Source of the DNA: a bacterium
Lineage (GTDB): Bacteria; Desulfobacterota; DSWW01
Reading direction: 5' to 3'
DNA: 64,000 nucleotides
Assembly (NCBI GenBank): GCA_040756235.1
Contig: JBFLZG010000123.1
Location: 1-64,000 of the forward strand
Position numbers and translations under genes: made by a program. Positions 8,539 to 18,755 of the stretch are shown here, in pieces. Below the pieces are notes generated by a model, which saw only the letters and a program-made list of their open reading frames with translations, was not told where the DNA came from and did no database searches. Each line of letters opens with the position of its first letter. The first letter of the stretch is position 1.

Positions 8539-9954
8539 ATGGAAGACTCGGTTGGCGGCTTCATCTCCGTGATGCGTCGCTCCCATATGCTGCGCCTCGT
8601 GGCCGTGGGCTTTCTCGCCTTGGTGCTCCAGATCCCGATTGGGATGATCGGATCCCTCATCATGGAGCGCCAGCAACGCCAGCAGTCCGCAGTTGCGGAG
8701 ATATCGTCGAAGTGGGGACGGAGCCAGGCGTTGACCGGCCCTGCCCTCGTCATCCCGTATTCGCACCGTTGGAGCGAGACCGGCCCGAACGGCGCACAAG
8801 TCACCCGATCGGAAATCCGGCATGCGATCTTTCTTCCCGAGAAGATCGAAATCCAGGGCAAAGTCGATACCGAGTTGCGCCACCGCGGGATCTTCTCCAT
8901 CCCCGTATACCGGTTGTCGCTTACTGTGCTGGGGGAGTTCTCACGGCCGGACTTTGCGGATCTCGGCCTCGACCCGGGCGCCGCTGCCTGGGAGCGGGCA
9001 CAGCTCGCTATCGGAATCTCCGATGCGCACGCAATCCTGGAGCAGGCGGCCGTGTCGTGGAACGGCCAGCGTGTCGGCTTCTTGCCAGGCCCAGGCGTGC
9101 TCCCTTACGAGGACGCTGGCATTCATGCGGTCGTCGGCGTGGCGCCCGGGGCGGACCGCCTGACGTTCTCCTTCCCTCTTACGCTCAACGGCAGCCTCGG
9201 TCTTTACTTCGTTCCCTTCGGGCAGGAAACGATTGTGGATCTCGAGTCCAACTGGCCGAGCCCGAGCTTCCAGGGGAACTGGCTCCCGTCGAATCGAACG
9301 GTGTCCGGCCAGGGCTTCAGCGCAAGGTGGTCGGTCCCGTTTCTTGGCCGGAACTACCCTCAGGCCTGGACGTCAGAAGCCCAGATGAGCAAGCCGATCG
9401 AGGCTTCGCGATTCGGCTTCAATCTGATCGATCCGGTCGACCCCTATCGCATGGCTGCGCGGAGTGTGAAATATGCGGGTCTTTACATCCTTCTCACGTT
9501 CGTCTCGGTTTGGCTGACCGAAGTCATCGCAGGCCTCAGAGTCCACCCGATCCAGTACCTCCTGCTCGGGGCAGCACTGTGTCTGTTTTATCTGCTGGAG
9601 CTGTCGCTCTCAGAACACCTCGGCTTCCCCGCCGCCTATGTCGCGGCGAGCCTTGCCGTGATCGCGATGGTCGGCGCCTACTCCCTCTCCGTCTTCCGGA
9701 GTCGGCCCAAGGCGGCAGTCGCCGCCCTGGGCGTCTCGGCCCTCTACGGATACTTGTACGTGCTGCTCCGAAACGAAGACTACGCGCTGCTGATCGGCTC
9801 GATGGGTCTCTTTGTCATCCTCGCGACCGTCATGGTGGTGACTCGCCGCGTCGACTGGTACGCGATCGGTGGTCGGGAACGCGTGCAGCGTGGATCACCG
9901 TGCGGCGCCCACCCGGCCGCTCCAACTCACGGCGGGACCGATGCTCCCTCGTGA
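8539..9954 (+). CDS. creD: Inner membrane protein CreD
   Basis: ERQ-KWG-Q, SNWPSPSFQG-LP, PVDPYR-RSVKY, VHPIQYLLLG, LSLSEHLGF, EDYALLIGS. Confidence 0.9.
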   Translation: MEDSVGGFISVMRRSHMLRLVAVGFLALVLQIPIGMIGSLIMERQQRQQSAVAEISSKWGRSQALTGPALVIPYSHRWSETGPNGAQVTRSEIRHAIFLPEKIEIQGKVDTELRHRGIFSIPVYRLSLTVLGEFSRPDFADLGLDPGAAAWERAQLAIGISDAHAILEQAAVSWNGQRVGFLPGPGVLPYEDAGIHAVVGVAPGADRLTFSFPLTLNGSLGLYFVPFGQETIVDLESNWPSPSFQGNWLPSNRTVSGQGFSARWSVPFLGRNYPQAWTSEAQMSKPIEASRFGFNLIDPVDPYRMAARSVKYAGLYILLTFVSVWLTEVIAGLRVHPIQYLLLGAALCLFYLLELSLSEHLGFPAAYVAASLAVIAMVGAYSLSVFRSRPKAAVAALGVSALYGYLYVLLRNEDYALLIGSMGLFVILATVMVVTRRVDWYAIGGRERVQRGSPCGAHPAAPTHGGTDAPS

Positions 9955-10184
9955 AAGGAAACATGCTCAGGCGGCGCGCGAGGGCCGGAATGTCAGCCCT
10001 TCGTTTCTCTGCACGGTTGCTTGACCTTGGCAAGGAAGCGCGTCAAGCTCAAGGAGGCCGCGCCGCCCTCAGGAGCGCACCTGAGGGCAAGGTCTTGGCT
10101 TGTCATGCGCGCCGCTCGCGACTCGAACACCCAAGAGCGCATGCCAATGGACTCCCGTGACTAACGGGAGCTGGGGTAACGGCG

Positions 10185-10709
10185 ATGACAGGGAAGACTT
10201 TCCTCAATTCAGTGGCGAACGGCGAAGTCGACGTCATCCAGTTTCTTCTCTCACTGCTGGACGAGACCGGGGCGGCTTATTGCGTGGTCGGGGGGCTTGC
10301 GGTCAACGCCTATGCCGAGCCGGTGGTGAGTCTTGATCTGGATGTCGTCGTTGTCCTGGATCGAATCGACGCTTTGCGCGTGGCTGCCAGAGACAAGGGG
10401 ATGAACGTGCAGGAGTTCGAGCACAGCGTGAATCTGTCCGTCAAAGGCTCGGACTTACGTATACAGCTCCAGACCGACCCTCGGTATCAGGATTTCATCA
10501 AGCGTTCCACGATTCTGGAAGTCTTAGGCTACAGGTTGGCTGTTGCGTGTCTCGAGGACGTCCTCATGGGCAAGATCTGGGCCTATTCGGACAAGACCAG
10601 AAGGAAGAGCAAACGGCAGAAGGATCTCTCCGATATCATGCGCCTCGTCGAAACGCACCCGGAGCTCGAGAGCCAGCTTCCCCCTGAGATCGCTTCCCAA
10701 CTCGAATGA
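10185..10709 (+). CDS. Nucleotidyltransferase-superfamily protein (AbiEii/DUF6036-like)
   Basis: GGLAV...SLDLD and C-terminal K...RQKDLSD. Confidence 0.7.
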   Translation: MTGKTFLNSVANGEVDVIQFLLSLLDETGAAYCVVGGLAVNAYAEPVVSLDLDVVVVLDRIDALRVAARDKGMNVQEFEHSVNLSVKGSDLRIQLQTDPRYQDFIKRSTILEVLGYRLAVACLEDVLMGKIWAYSDKTRRKSKRQKDLSDIMRLVETHPELESQLPPEIASQLE

Positions 10710-10785
10710 TCTCAAGCGGCGAACAACTGCATGCGCACAGGCCGCGCCGCGCTCCGAGCCTTCCGCCTGGAAGTGGACCCAACCG

Positions 10786-11559
10786 TCAGATCCCCGCGTA
10801 CCACTCGTACCCGCGATCTTCCCAGTACCCGCCCCTGCCCTCGCCGATCTCGTCCAGGCGCTCGACCACCTCGATGCTCCGGATGTACTTCGCCATCTTG
10901 TACCCGAGCTGGCGCTCCAGGCGCAGCCTAAGGGGAGCGCCGTACCGGACCGGCAGAGGCTGGCCGTTCCACTCGTAGGCGAGCAGGGTCTGAGGGTGGA
11001 AAGCGTCCTCCAGGTCGATGCTCTCGTAGTACTTCGCCCCGCCCGCTTCCATGGCGTCGAAGCAAAAAAAGACCACGTAGCGGGCTTGCGGCCGGACACC
11101 TGCCTTCTCCAGGAGCGCGCTCAGCCGCACCCCCTTCCACTGGGCGATGGCGCTCCACCCCTCCACGCAGTCGTGCCGGGTGATCTGGGTGCGGGACGGC
11201 AGCTCCCGCAAGTCATCCAACGAAAGGCTCTCCCAGCGTTCGACCAGGCCGGACATTTCCAGCCGCCATTCCCGGAAATGGTTCTCGGCCAGACGCAGGT
11301 ACTCGGGATCCGTGGGCTGCCGGGTGCCGTTGCTCGGAAAGTCCGGAGAAAGGTCGGTCGCAGCGAACTCCTTGGCCATCGAGCTCCGGCTCGCCAGCAG
11401 GTGGTGCAGCTTCCTGTTCACGATCTCGGCATTCGACAGCACCTTGGCAAACCAGTCGGCCCTGGACAGACGGTCGCACCCGGCCAGGACCAGGGCTCCG
11501 CCGAGACCGGCCACACGCGTGAGAAAACGGCGCCGATCGCGCCGCATGCCTCGGGTCAT
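10786..11559 (-). CDS. Sulfite-oxidase-family molybdopterin oxidoreductase (MsrP-like), Tat signal
   Basis: RRRFL Tat motif and LAGC; RHDCVEGWS, HPQTLLAY, YGAPLRL, GYKMAK, GGYWED. Confidence 0.85.
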   Translation of the reverse strand: MTRGMRRDRRRFLTRVAGLGGALVLAGCDRLSRADWFAKVLSNAEIVNRKLHHLLASRSSMAKEFAATDLSPDFPSNGTRQPTDPEYLRLAENHFREWRLEMSGLVERWESLSLDDLRELPSRTQITRHDCVEGWSAIAQWKGVRLSALLEKAGVRPQARYVVFFCFDAMEAGGAKYYESIDLEDAFHPQTLLAYEWNGQPLPVRYGAPLRLRLERQLGYKMAKYIRSIEVVERLDEIGEGRGGYWEDRGYEWYAGI

Positions 11560-12398
11560 GCTCGCTCCTTTACCCGCAGCCGCCCGGTCGTCATGGCGCG
11601 CAAATGCCTGAGCGGTCCCACGACCAGGACCATGGCGACGTGGACGATGACGAAAGCCACGAAGGAGAAGGCGATCACGAAATGGACGGTGCGCGCCGCC
11701 TGCCGCCCTCCGAACAGCGCAGGCAGCGGGACCACGCTGTTCAGCCAGGGCGACATGGCGAGGCCGCTCAGCACCACGAGCGATCCCAGCACGAAGACCA
11801 CCACGAGGTAGCTCAGCTTTTGCAGGACATTATAGCCGTGCTCCGATTCGGCCCGCAGCACCCGGAAGCTCAGGTGCCGGCGGATGGATCCGCCCAGGTC
11901 CTTGAGCTCTGGCCACGTGGGCAGCAGATCGCGCGTCAAGTGCCGCCCGGCAACGGCTGCGGCCGCGTAGAACAGTCCGTTGAGCACGAACAGCCAGGCA
12001 AAGAAGAAATGCCACCTGCGTCCCATGGCGAGCCAGCGCTCGCCCGGGATCGTGGCCCAGCTCGGAAAGCCGCGGGACTCCCACTGGCCGTGATCATCTT
12101 TGAAGGCCCCGAGCACGCCGGTGGTGTCGAAGCGGCGGCCGAATGCTTCGGTCACGCCCCGCAGCTCCCCCGTTTCCAGGCGCTCGCTGCGCATGGACAG
12201 AATGGCCTGGTCGCGATCGGAGCGGCTTCCCCAGTAGGAGGCGGGATGGGCATTGTAGATCTGCAGGCCGCTGCCCAGCATGACGGCCAGCACGACCACA
12301 TTGACCCAATGGGTGAAGCGCACGGAAAGAGAATGGCGAGAGACGAGCCGGTATCGGCTCCCCTTGTCATCGGCGCCCTTGTTCCTCGAAGCGCTCAT
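11556..12398 (-). CDS. Cytochrome b/b6-domain membrane subunit
   Basis: RFTHWVN, SGLQIYNAHP, RRWHFFFAW, YNVLQKLSY, ARTVHF; translationally coupled to the Mo enzyme. Confidence 0.85.
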   Translation of the reverse strand: MSASRNKGADDKGSRYRLVSRHSLSVRFTHWVNVVVLAVMLGSGLQIYNAHPASYWGSRSDRDQAILSMRSERLETGELRGVTEAFGRRFDTTGVLGAFKDDHGQWESRGFPSWATIPGERWLAMGRRWHFFFAWLFVLNGLFYAAAAVAGRHLTRDLLPTWPELKDLGGSIRRHLSFRVLRAESEHGYNVLQKLSYLVVVFVLGSLVVLSGLAMSPWLNSVVPLPALFGGRQAARTVHFVIAFSFVAFVIVHVAMVLVVGPLRHLRAMTTGRLRVKERA

Positions 12399-12600
12399 GG
12401 ACCGAAGCGGATAGGGTGTGCAGTCAAGAACAGTATGGAAAGGGAAGCACCCAGGAGTCAACGGAAAAGACCGGAGACCGTACGCGCCCGGCGCGTCTTG
12501 CGGGATGCAGGGACTGGGTTCCGACCTGGTTAGCGCCGCTGTTCACAAATCGGGCGACGCATTTCTTCAGCAGCCCGTGACGACTGGCGGCAAGGTGCCG

Positions 12601-12664
12601 GAGATTGCGAGGCCCAGAGGGGCCGTGGCAACCTCCCTGTGCAGTGGGATCGCCACGCTCGCAC
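12601..12664. repeat. CATTGCGAG...GCAAT palindromic repeat family
   Basis: GATTGCGAGG...CGTGGCAACCTCC...GGGATCGCCACG; copies at 41111-41181, ~47413-47464, 52094-52162. Confidence 0.65.
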
Positions 12665-12800
12665 CTGCCGTTCAGCATCGGCAATCCAGGCGTGCAAGGC
12701 TCGCTCGCGAGATTCGCTGCTTTGTAACGCATCCTTGCCCGTGTCCAGCCTCACTTCCTGAGCGTATCGGGCATAGTGTAGGAATACACCGCCCTTCGCC

Positions 12801-13829
12801 TCAGCGCGCCGGGTGGACGACACTCCTGGTAGACGGAGCCCTCCGCTCGAGCCATGCGGCGACCGCCTTCATCGCCTCCTCGTAGGGCACCCGCGTCCTC
12901 CAGCCCAGCTCCTGCCGGGCCCGGGACGTGTCCACGTCGTTGTCCCTGCCGATCAGGCCGACGATCTGGCGGCTGATGTGCGTGTCGATCCCGAGCGGCG
13001 CCAGCACGCGGTCCGAGACGAGCCCGAGCGACCAGGCCGCTCTGAAAGGCAGGGGCAGGGCCCGGAGCCGGACCCCGGCCGTGCGTGCGAGGTCCGTGAA
13101 GTATCGCATCCAGGTGACGTCATAATCATCCCGGAGATGATAGGTCCTGCCCGGCGCCGCCTCGCTCCTGGAAGCCAGCAGGATGCCGTCCACGAGATTG
13201 TCCACATCAACGAGGCTGGCGCTGTAGCGACCGCCGTCCACGATCGGAAAACGCGGCATCTTCCGCATGGTCTCCAGGATGCCGTCCACCCACACGCTGC
13301 CCGGACCGATCACGTTGGCCGGCCGGACCACCGTCGCTGCGACCTTCCCGTCCCGATGGTAACCGTAGACCATCTTTTCGGTCTCCAGCTTGGCGTCTCC
13401 GTAGAAGACCCCGGTCGGGAACTCGGGGTCGTCCTCCTTGTGGCCTCTGTAATGCTTGCCGCCGCCTCCGGGTCCGCCCGCGCAGAACGAGCTCACGTAG
13501 ACGAAGCGGCCGACCTTTCCGGCCGACTCCTCGAGCAGGTTGCGCGTGGCTTCGAAGATCGCGTCGTAGAACTGCTTCCGCGTTCCCCAGTAGGTGACCC
13601 GTGCGGCCAGGTGAAAGACGACGTCCGCACCCTGGCACATCCCGCGTATGCTCTCGGGCCGGGTCAGGTCTCCCACCCGCACCTGGATCCCCATGTCCCG
13701 CAGGTACTGCGTGTTCGGCTCCGTCGTGGCCAGGGCCGTCACCTCGTACCCTTCGGCGAGCAGCCGCTTCAGCAGGAAGCCTCCGATGAATCCGCGAGCA
13801 CCCGTGACGAGAGCCTTGGTCGGTCCCAT
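12801..13829 (-). CDS. NAD-dependent epimerase/dehydratase (3-beta-HSD-like)
   Basis: LVTGARGFIG, VFHLAA, YGDAK, VRPANVIGP. Confidence 0.85.
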   Translation of the reverse strand: MGPTKALVTGARGFIGGFLLKRLLAEGYEVTALATTEPNTQYLRDMGIQVRVGDLTRPESIRGMCQGADVVFHLAARVTYWGTRKQFYDAIFEATRNLLEESAGKVGRFVYVSSFCAGGPGGGGKHYRGHKEDDPEFPTGVFYGDAKLETEKMVYGYHRDGKVAATVVRPANVIGPGSVWVDGILETMRKMPRFPIVDGGRYSASLVDVDNLVDGILLASRSEAAPGRTYHLRDDYDVTWMRYFTDLARTAGVRLRALPLPFRAAWSLGLVSDRVLAPLGIDTHISRQIVGLIGRDNDVDTSRARQELGWRTRVPYEEAMKAVAAWLERRAPSTRSVVHPAR

Positions 13830-13968
13830 GTGGATTTCCTTCTCGCCCGCTGACATCCCCTGCGTGCCGCTCAGCGGCCGGCTTCGGGCAAAGAGGGCGG
13901 AGCTGTCGGACAGGCGGAAAAATCTGCATGCAGAAGACCGGCCCTTCGGCGGCCCCGCTCCAAGCGGC

Positions 13969-14616
13969 TCACTGTCCCCCGGACACCACCCGATCGGCCT
14001 CGGCGACCGCGGCCTCGGCGTCCAGGCTGACGCGGTAAGCGCCCCTCTTCAGGATGAACTCGCTCTCGCGCGAGGTCGACTTCTCCCACGAAGCCCTCTG
14101 CGATTCCATGGCGCGGTGCCAGGCCTCGTCCGCGCCCACGTATCCCGCCAGCCGGGCGTTGGCGATCTTCTGGCGCTCGGTCTGTTTGGTGAGAATGTAC
14201 CACTCGAAAGTGTCCCGGAGGAAATTCGGCTTCTCCAGGCCGCTGCCCACGTCGGAGGACGAGCTGTAATCCTTCCAGAACATCGCAACCGCCTTCTTAT
14301 GCACCTCCGCGTCCTTGAGTTTCTTGAGCGCTTCGCTCACTGCCTCGATCGGAGGGCACACCTGGTTCTTCTGATGAAACTTCAGAAGATAGATCACCAG
14401 GGCATCGGCGGCGCTGAAGGAGCCCGCGCTGATCTGGAAGGTTGACCCGGGGTTGAGGCCCGGAAGGGTCATCGTGTTCTTCTGGATCACGGCCTTGGCC
14501 ATCTCCACGTCGGCGGCCGTGACCGTCTGTGCGCCGGCAGCAAGGGGCATGGCGGCAAAGAGGATCGCCAAAGAGAGCAAGGAACAAAGAGCGCGCGCCT
14601 GCTTGTACATCATCAT
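13969..14616 (-). CDS. Hypothetical secreted protein
   Basis: Signal peptide ending AGA-Q; AGGAGGAGG RBS; host-like codon usage. Confidence 0.6.
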   Translation of the reverse strand: MMMYKQARALCSLLSLAILFAAMPLAAGAQTVTAADVEMAKAVIQKNTMTLPGLNPGSTFQISAGSFSAADALVIYLLKFHQKNQVCPPIEAVSEALKKLKDAEVHKKAVAMFWKDYSSSSDVGSGLEKPNFLRDTFEWYILTKQTERQKIANARLAGYVGADEAWHRAMESQRASWEKSTSRESEFILKRGAYRVSLDAEAAVAEADRVVSGGQ

Positions 14617-14687
14617 CGTCCTCCTCCTTTCCGGCGTTGTGGCCCGAGGCGGGGCGGCCCACCCTCGTAACATAGACGGAACGTGCC

Positions 14688-15521
14688 TCAGCTGCCCGCG
14701 GCCGCCGAGCTGTTGAGGTCAGCCTTCTTGGGTATCTTGCGGGCGCAGGGCACCTTGGTCTGGCACTTGCCGCATCCACCGACCACGATGTTCCACCTGG
14801 GCACGTGCTCGGCCATGACCTTGGTCACGAGGAACTCGAGGCATTTCCCGTGATCCTTCTTCTCGGCCGTAATCGCGCCGGCCGGGCACCGGGCGATGCA
14901 CAGGCCGCAGGTCCCCTCTTCATCGAAGAGGCAGTTGTCGCGCAGCCCGAGCTTGCGCGGAGAAGGTTCCAGCTCCAGATCGGTCACGATCGTGCCGTAG
15001 CGGCCGGCGCAGCCTTTCTCCGTGATGAATGAGTAGGAGAGGCAGAAGCTGCCCAGGCCGGCGATGTAGGCGGAGTGCCGCTCCGACCAGTTGCTCGTAA
15101 AGGCCTGCATCTCGAATTTCTCGGACCGGGAAGGCGCCACGGCCCGCAAGCCTGCCTTCGCGAGGGCCTCGACCACGCGGTCCCGAACCCCGTTGTTGAG
15201 CTCCTCTCCGTAGTAGCGGGCCAGGTACCACTCCTTGGACGACATGCCTTCGGTGTGGTTGCTTTCCACGACCTCCCGGGTGAAGGGCAGGAAATAAACG
15301 ATCACCGTGCGCGCGCCCTTCACCCAATCCTGGGGCATCCAGTGGTGAGGGCCGATCGTGTCCGCCCGCTTCAACTCCGCATAAAGAGGGTCGAGCGCCG
15401 AGGCGAAGCCCACCAGGGGCGGTCCTTCGTAGAGCTTCACCCCGTCGCACTCAGGGATAAAGTTCTGCTTTCCATCTTGGACGTAATTCTCTATTATGCC
15501 GATTATTTCTTCACGATTCAT
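14688..15521 (-). CDS. Epoxyqueuosine-reductase-like 4Fe-4S protein
   Basis: PLVGFA, SNWSERH-AYIAGLG, CGLCIARCP, CGKCQTKVPC. Confidence 0.75.
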   Translation of the reverse strand: MNREEIIGIIENYVQDGKQNFIPECDGVKLYEGPPLVGFASALDPLYAELKRADTIGPHHWMPQDWVKGARTVIVYFLPFTREVVESNHTEGMSSKEWYLARYYGEELNNGVRDRVVEALAKAGLRAVAPSRSEKFEMQAFTSNWSERHSAYIAGLGSFCLSYSFITEKGCAGRYGTIVTDLELEPSPRKLGLRDNCLFDEEGTCGLCIARCPAGAITAEKKDHGKCLEFLVTKVMAEHVPRWNIVVGGCGKCQTKVPCARKIPKKADLNSSAAAGS

Positions 15522-15575
15522 CGAGCGCCTCCTGCACCGAAGACGAACCGGTTTCCGGGTGGCATCGGATGCGGC

Positions 15576-16274
15576 TCACTCCGTGCTCTCGGGAAGGAAC
15601 GAGGTGTCCATCACATATCTCTTCGGGTTGTCCGGATCGACCCGGACCTGGATCTCCTTGCCCCGGATGAGGGCCTCCGGATTGAACCAGAGGGGCTTGC
15701 TCCGGAACACGCGCATCTTTCCTGTGCCGGGATCGAGCCACTGAGAGAAGATCCGATAGGGATGGCGGCTCCCTTTTCGATAGAATCGGTCCAGTTGCAC
15801 CGACTGGAGCTCGGTCGCAATCACGTTGCCGGATTCCAGGATCCGTCTCTCCCGCCTGGCTGAAACAACCGGGACCAGGAGCATCGCAGCACCCGCGCAG
15901 GCAAACACCGAGCCCATACCGGAGAACAGGATCGTGAGGAACCAGAGAGAGGAAAAGGAGTCGACGGACGCATGAGAAGGATGAGCCGGGTCGTAGCGGA
16001 CCTGAACCTGCTCGCCTTTTCCGAAGGAAGGAGGGTTGGAACCGAAATCGGAGCGAAACTCGACCGGCTCGCCGTTGGCGGCCGCAAACCGGATCACGGG
16101 GAAATAGACAGACCCGGAGCCGCCGCTGTCAAGGACCAGGTCCACGACCGTCCCTGTCGCCAGAGCAGAAGCCGCTACGAATCCTCGAGTGCTGTTGTAA
16201 GTAACGGCGGCCGAGGCGAGCAGAACCAGACCCGCGGCGCCGAATATCACACCGACGATTCTGAGCACCTTCAT
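15576..16274 (-). CDS. DUF3592-like membrane protein
   Basis: TM-ATGTVV-YFPVIRF-SNPPSF-VRYDP-TM architecture. Confidence 0.7.
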   Translation of the reverse strand: MKVLRIVGVIFGAAGLVLLASAAVTYNSTRGFVAASALATGTVVDLVLDSGGSGSVYFPVIRFAAANGEPVEFRSDFGSNPPSFGKGEQVQVRYDPAHPSHASVDSFSSLWFLTILFSGMGSVFACAGAAMLLVPVVSARRERRILESGNVIATELQSVQLDRFYRKGSRHPYRIFSQWLDPGTGKMRVFRSKPLWFNPEALIRGKEIQVRVDPDNPKRYVMDTSFLPESTE

Positions 16275-16435
16275 GGCACCGTTCTCCCTCTGCCGGCCGA
16301 GCCGTGATTGCCGGAACATGCCTTGGGGCCGCCCCCACTCTGCCGACTTGCCCGGGGGCGACCGTCCGGAAAGGGCGACCGCCGGTCGCCCCTACGAATA
16401 CGAACGCATGAACAATGCTGCGTCCGGCTGCAGCC

Positions 16436-16531
16436 CCCTCACCCTGGCCCTCTCCCCCAAAGGGGGCGAGGGTATTGCTCGGTCGCCTCTTTCCCTCTCC
16501 CCTCCGAGGGGAGAGGATCAAGGTGAGGGGT
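16436..16531. repeat. CCCTCA/CCCTCTCCC hairpin repeat
   Basis: CCCCTCACCCTGGCCCTCTCCCCCAAAGGGGGCGAGGG...CCCTCTCCCCTCCGAGGGGAGAGGATCAAGGTGAGGGG. Confidence 0.8.
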
Positions 16532-16563
16532 GACAATTTGTCTCACCACCAAATGCGTTTGCA

Positions 16564-17364
16564 TTAGAACTTGATGGCCCCGCCGCACACGCTCAGACAC
16601 TGCCCCGTGACGTAGTCGCCCAGGTCGGTGACGAAGAACTCGGCCGCCTTCGCGATATCGTCCGGCTCGGCCATGCGGCCCAGCGGGATCTGGGCGAGCA
16701 CCTGATCCCGGACTCCTGCGATCGCGTCGAACACGAGGACCTGGAGGCGCTTGGTGTTCACGAAAGCCGGGGCGATGCAGTTGACTGTGATCCCTGCAGG
16801 GCCCAGCTCCTGGGCAAGGTACCGGGTGTAGGCGACGACCCCGGCCTTGGCCGCGCCATAGGAAGCGTACACGCCGCCCTGCTGCGCCTGCAGCCCCGCC
16901 TGCGAGGCGGTGTTCACGATCCTTCCCCAGCCCTGCTTCTTCATGGACGGGATGACGGCCTGGGAGCAGAAGATCGTCCCGAACAGATTGCGCTCGACCG
17001 TGCCCCTCAAGTCTTTCTCGGAAACGCTCCCGGCGAAGCTGGCGAGGACGTCCCCCGCGAGCCCTCCCGCGTTGTTGATCAGGATGTCGATCCGCCCGAA
17101 GGCTTCGAGCGCCTGCCGGACCATGGCTTCGACCTGCCCGCGGTTGGTCACGTCCGCCTGGATGCCGACGCACCGGACTCCACGGGCCCGGACCTCTTCC
17201 ACCACGCTGTCAGCGCCGATCTCCTCTTTGAACTCCTTGAAGGAATCGAGGTTCACGTCGTTGATCACGATATCCGCTCCCAGGCCGGCCAGCCGCAGCG
17301 CGTGCGCCCGGCCGATGGCCCTTGCCGCTCCCGTGACCAGCGCGACTCTTCCTTTGAGCTTCAT
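16564..17364 (-). CDS. SDR family oxidoreductase (FabG-like)
   Basis: VALVTGAARAIG, LINNAG, YGAAK, IPLGR. Confidence 0.9.
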   Translation of the reverse strand: MKLKGRVALVTGAARAIGRAHALRLAGLGADIVINDVNLDSFKEFKEEIGADSVVEEVRARGVRCVGIQADVTNRGQVEAMVRQALEAFGRIDILINNAGGLAGDVLASFAGSVSEKDLRGTVERNLFGTIFCSQAVIPSMKKQGWGRIVNTASQAGLQAQQGGVYASYGAAKAGVVAYTRYLAQELGPAGITVNCIAPAFVNTKRLQVLVFDAIAGVRDQVLAQIPLGRMAEPDDIAKAAEFFVTDLGDYVTGQCLSVCGGAIKF

Positions 17365-17377
17365 CCCCTCTCCTTCT

Positions 17378-18418
17378 TCACGGTAGAAACAGCACCTTGG
17401 CCGCCTTCTTCTGGACCGCAAGCTCGAAACCAGACCGGGCATCCGCCAGCGGAACCCTGTGTGTGATCATCGGATCCGTCCGCACCTGACCGGACGCCAG
17501 CAGAGCCAACGCCCGCCGCCAGGTGTCCGGGTCGTAAGCGTAGGCGCCCAGGATCGACTTGCCGCCGCGCACCAGGTCGGTGGGATGGATCTGCGCCGGA
17601 GCGGGGTGGATGCCCAGGAGCACCAATTTTCCTCCGGGCCGCGCCATCGCAAGCCCTTGGGAGACGGTCCTGGGGTTTCCCGCAGCCTCGAACACCAGGT
17701 CGAAGCCGCCGCCGAAAGAGCCGCCGGTAAGGTCCATGGCCCTCTGCACCGGATCCGTCTCATCCACGTTCACCAGCTCGTCGGCGCCCAGCCGGCCTGC
17801 GACCTCCAGGCGCACGCGGTCTGCAGCGGTCCCGGTCACCAGCACGAAGCTTGCGCCCGAGACCTTGAGCGCCTGGAGGGTCAGCAGACCGATCGGACCC
17901 GGCCCCAGCACGGCCGCGGTCTGCCCGGGCTTGATGGCCGCCAGCTCCACCGCGTGCAGCGCCACCGACAGAGGCTCGCACAAGGCTGCCGCCTCGTGGC
18001 TCACGCCCGCAGGGAGCCTGAAGACGTGAGCTCCGCCCGTCACCCGCACGTACTCGGCGAACGCTCCGTCCGCGAGCAGGCCGAGCGCCACCTTGGCGAC
18101 GCAGGCGTCTCCCCGGCCGACGTGGCAGGGCTTGCACCGGCTGCACGGCATGAGCGGGAGGGCCGTCACACGATCGCCGAGCGCCACGTTCGACACGCGC
18201 TCGCCCACCTCCACGACTTCCCCCGAAAACTCGTGCCCGAGGGTCACGGGCACCGGGAGCCACTCGTAGCCCGGCGTCCACTCGTACACGTGGACGTCGC
18301 TCCCGCACAGGCTGGCGGCCCGCACCCGGATCAGGATGTCGGCGTCTGCGACGACCGGCTTCTCCACGTCCAGCACGTCCACCCCGGGCCCCTTCCTCAT
18401 CTTCACTGCCGCTTTCAT
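17378..18418 (-). CDS. Zinc-dependent alcohol/threonine dehydrogenase family
   Basis: CGSDVH, LGHEFSG, CSRCKPC...C, GPGPIG. Confidence 0.9.
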   Translation of the reverse strand: MKAAVKMRKGPGVDVLDVEKPVVADADILIRVRAASLCGSDVHVYEWTPGYEWLPVPVTLGHEFSGEVVEVGERVSNVALGDRVTALPLMPCSRCKPCHVGRGDACVAKVALGLLADGAFAEYVRVTGGAHVFRLPAGVSHEAAALCEPLSVALHAVELAAIKPGQTAAVLGPGPIGLLTLQALKVSGASFVLVTGTAADRVRLEVAGRLGADELVNVDETDPVQRAMDLTGGSFGGGFDLVFEAAGNPRTVSQGLAMARPGGKLVLLGIHPAPAQIHPTDLVRGGKSILGAYAYDPDTWRRALALLASGQVRTDPMITHRVPLADARSGFELAVQKKAAKVLFLP

Positions 18419-18514
18419 GGTCTCAATGCTCCCAAACGCTCCCTTGCAGCCTTTGCAGCCGTCGCCATTTCAATCCAGCCAAGAGGCCAGGAACCGCTCG
18501 CTGCGCCTTCCGGC

Positions 18515-18755
18515 GCGGGAAGACCCGCAGCCGCAGCGGCCCTCCCTTTCCGGGGATGGAGCGCCAGACGGCCTGTGGGGAAGCGTATTTGACCTGCTCG
18601 TAACCCAGCATCATGCTGGCACGAGCTCGCGCAGTGTCTTCCGGGGATTTCGCATCCGGAACGAGGATGGGAGTGTTCGCTTCCACCTGCCGGATCAGCT
18701 CCCGCATCTCGGAGCTTCGGCTTTCGGGGCGAAACAGCGTCGGGTCGAAGGAGTT
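18515..18755 (-). pseudogene. N-terminal remnant of an HSL-type alpha/beta hydrolase
   Basis: FDPTLFRPE...ARARA...AVWRSIPGKGGPLRLRVFP resembles the cap region, then similarity stops before any HGG motif. Confidence 0.4.

Noticed and set aside
4463..10709. Integron cassette array
   Set aside because: Small accessory genes fit, but I found no recurring attC-like RYYYAAC...GTTRRRY sites and no integrase; some genes overlap directly.
14688..15521. Reductive dehalogenase RdhA
   Set aside because: Too short, no Tat signal and no rdhB-like anchor gene.
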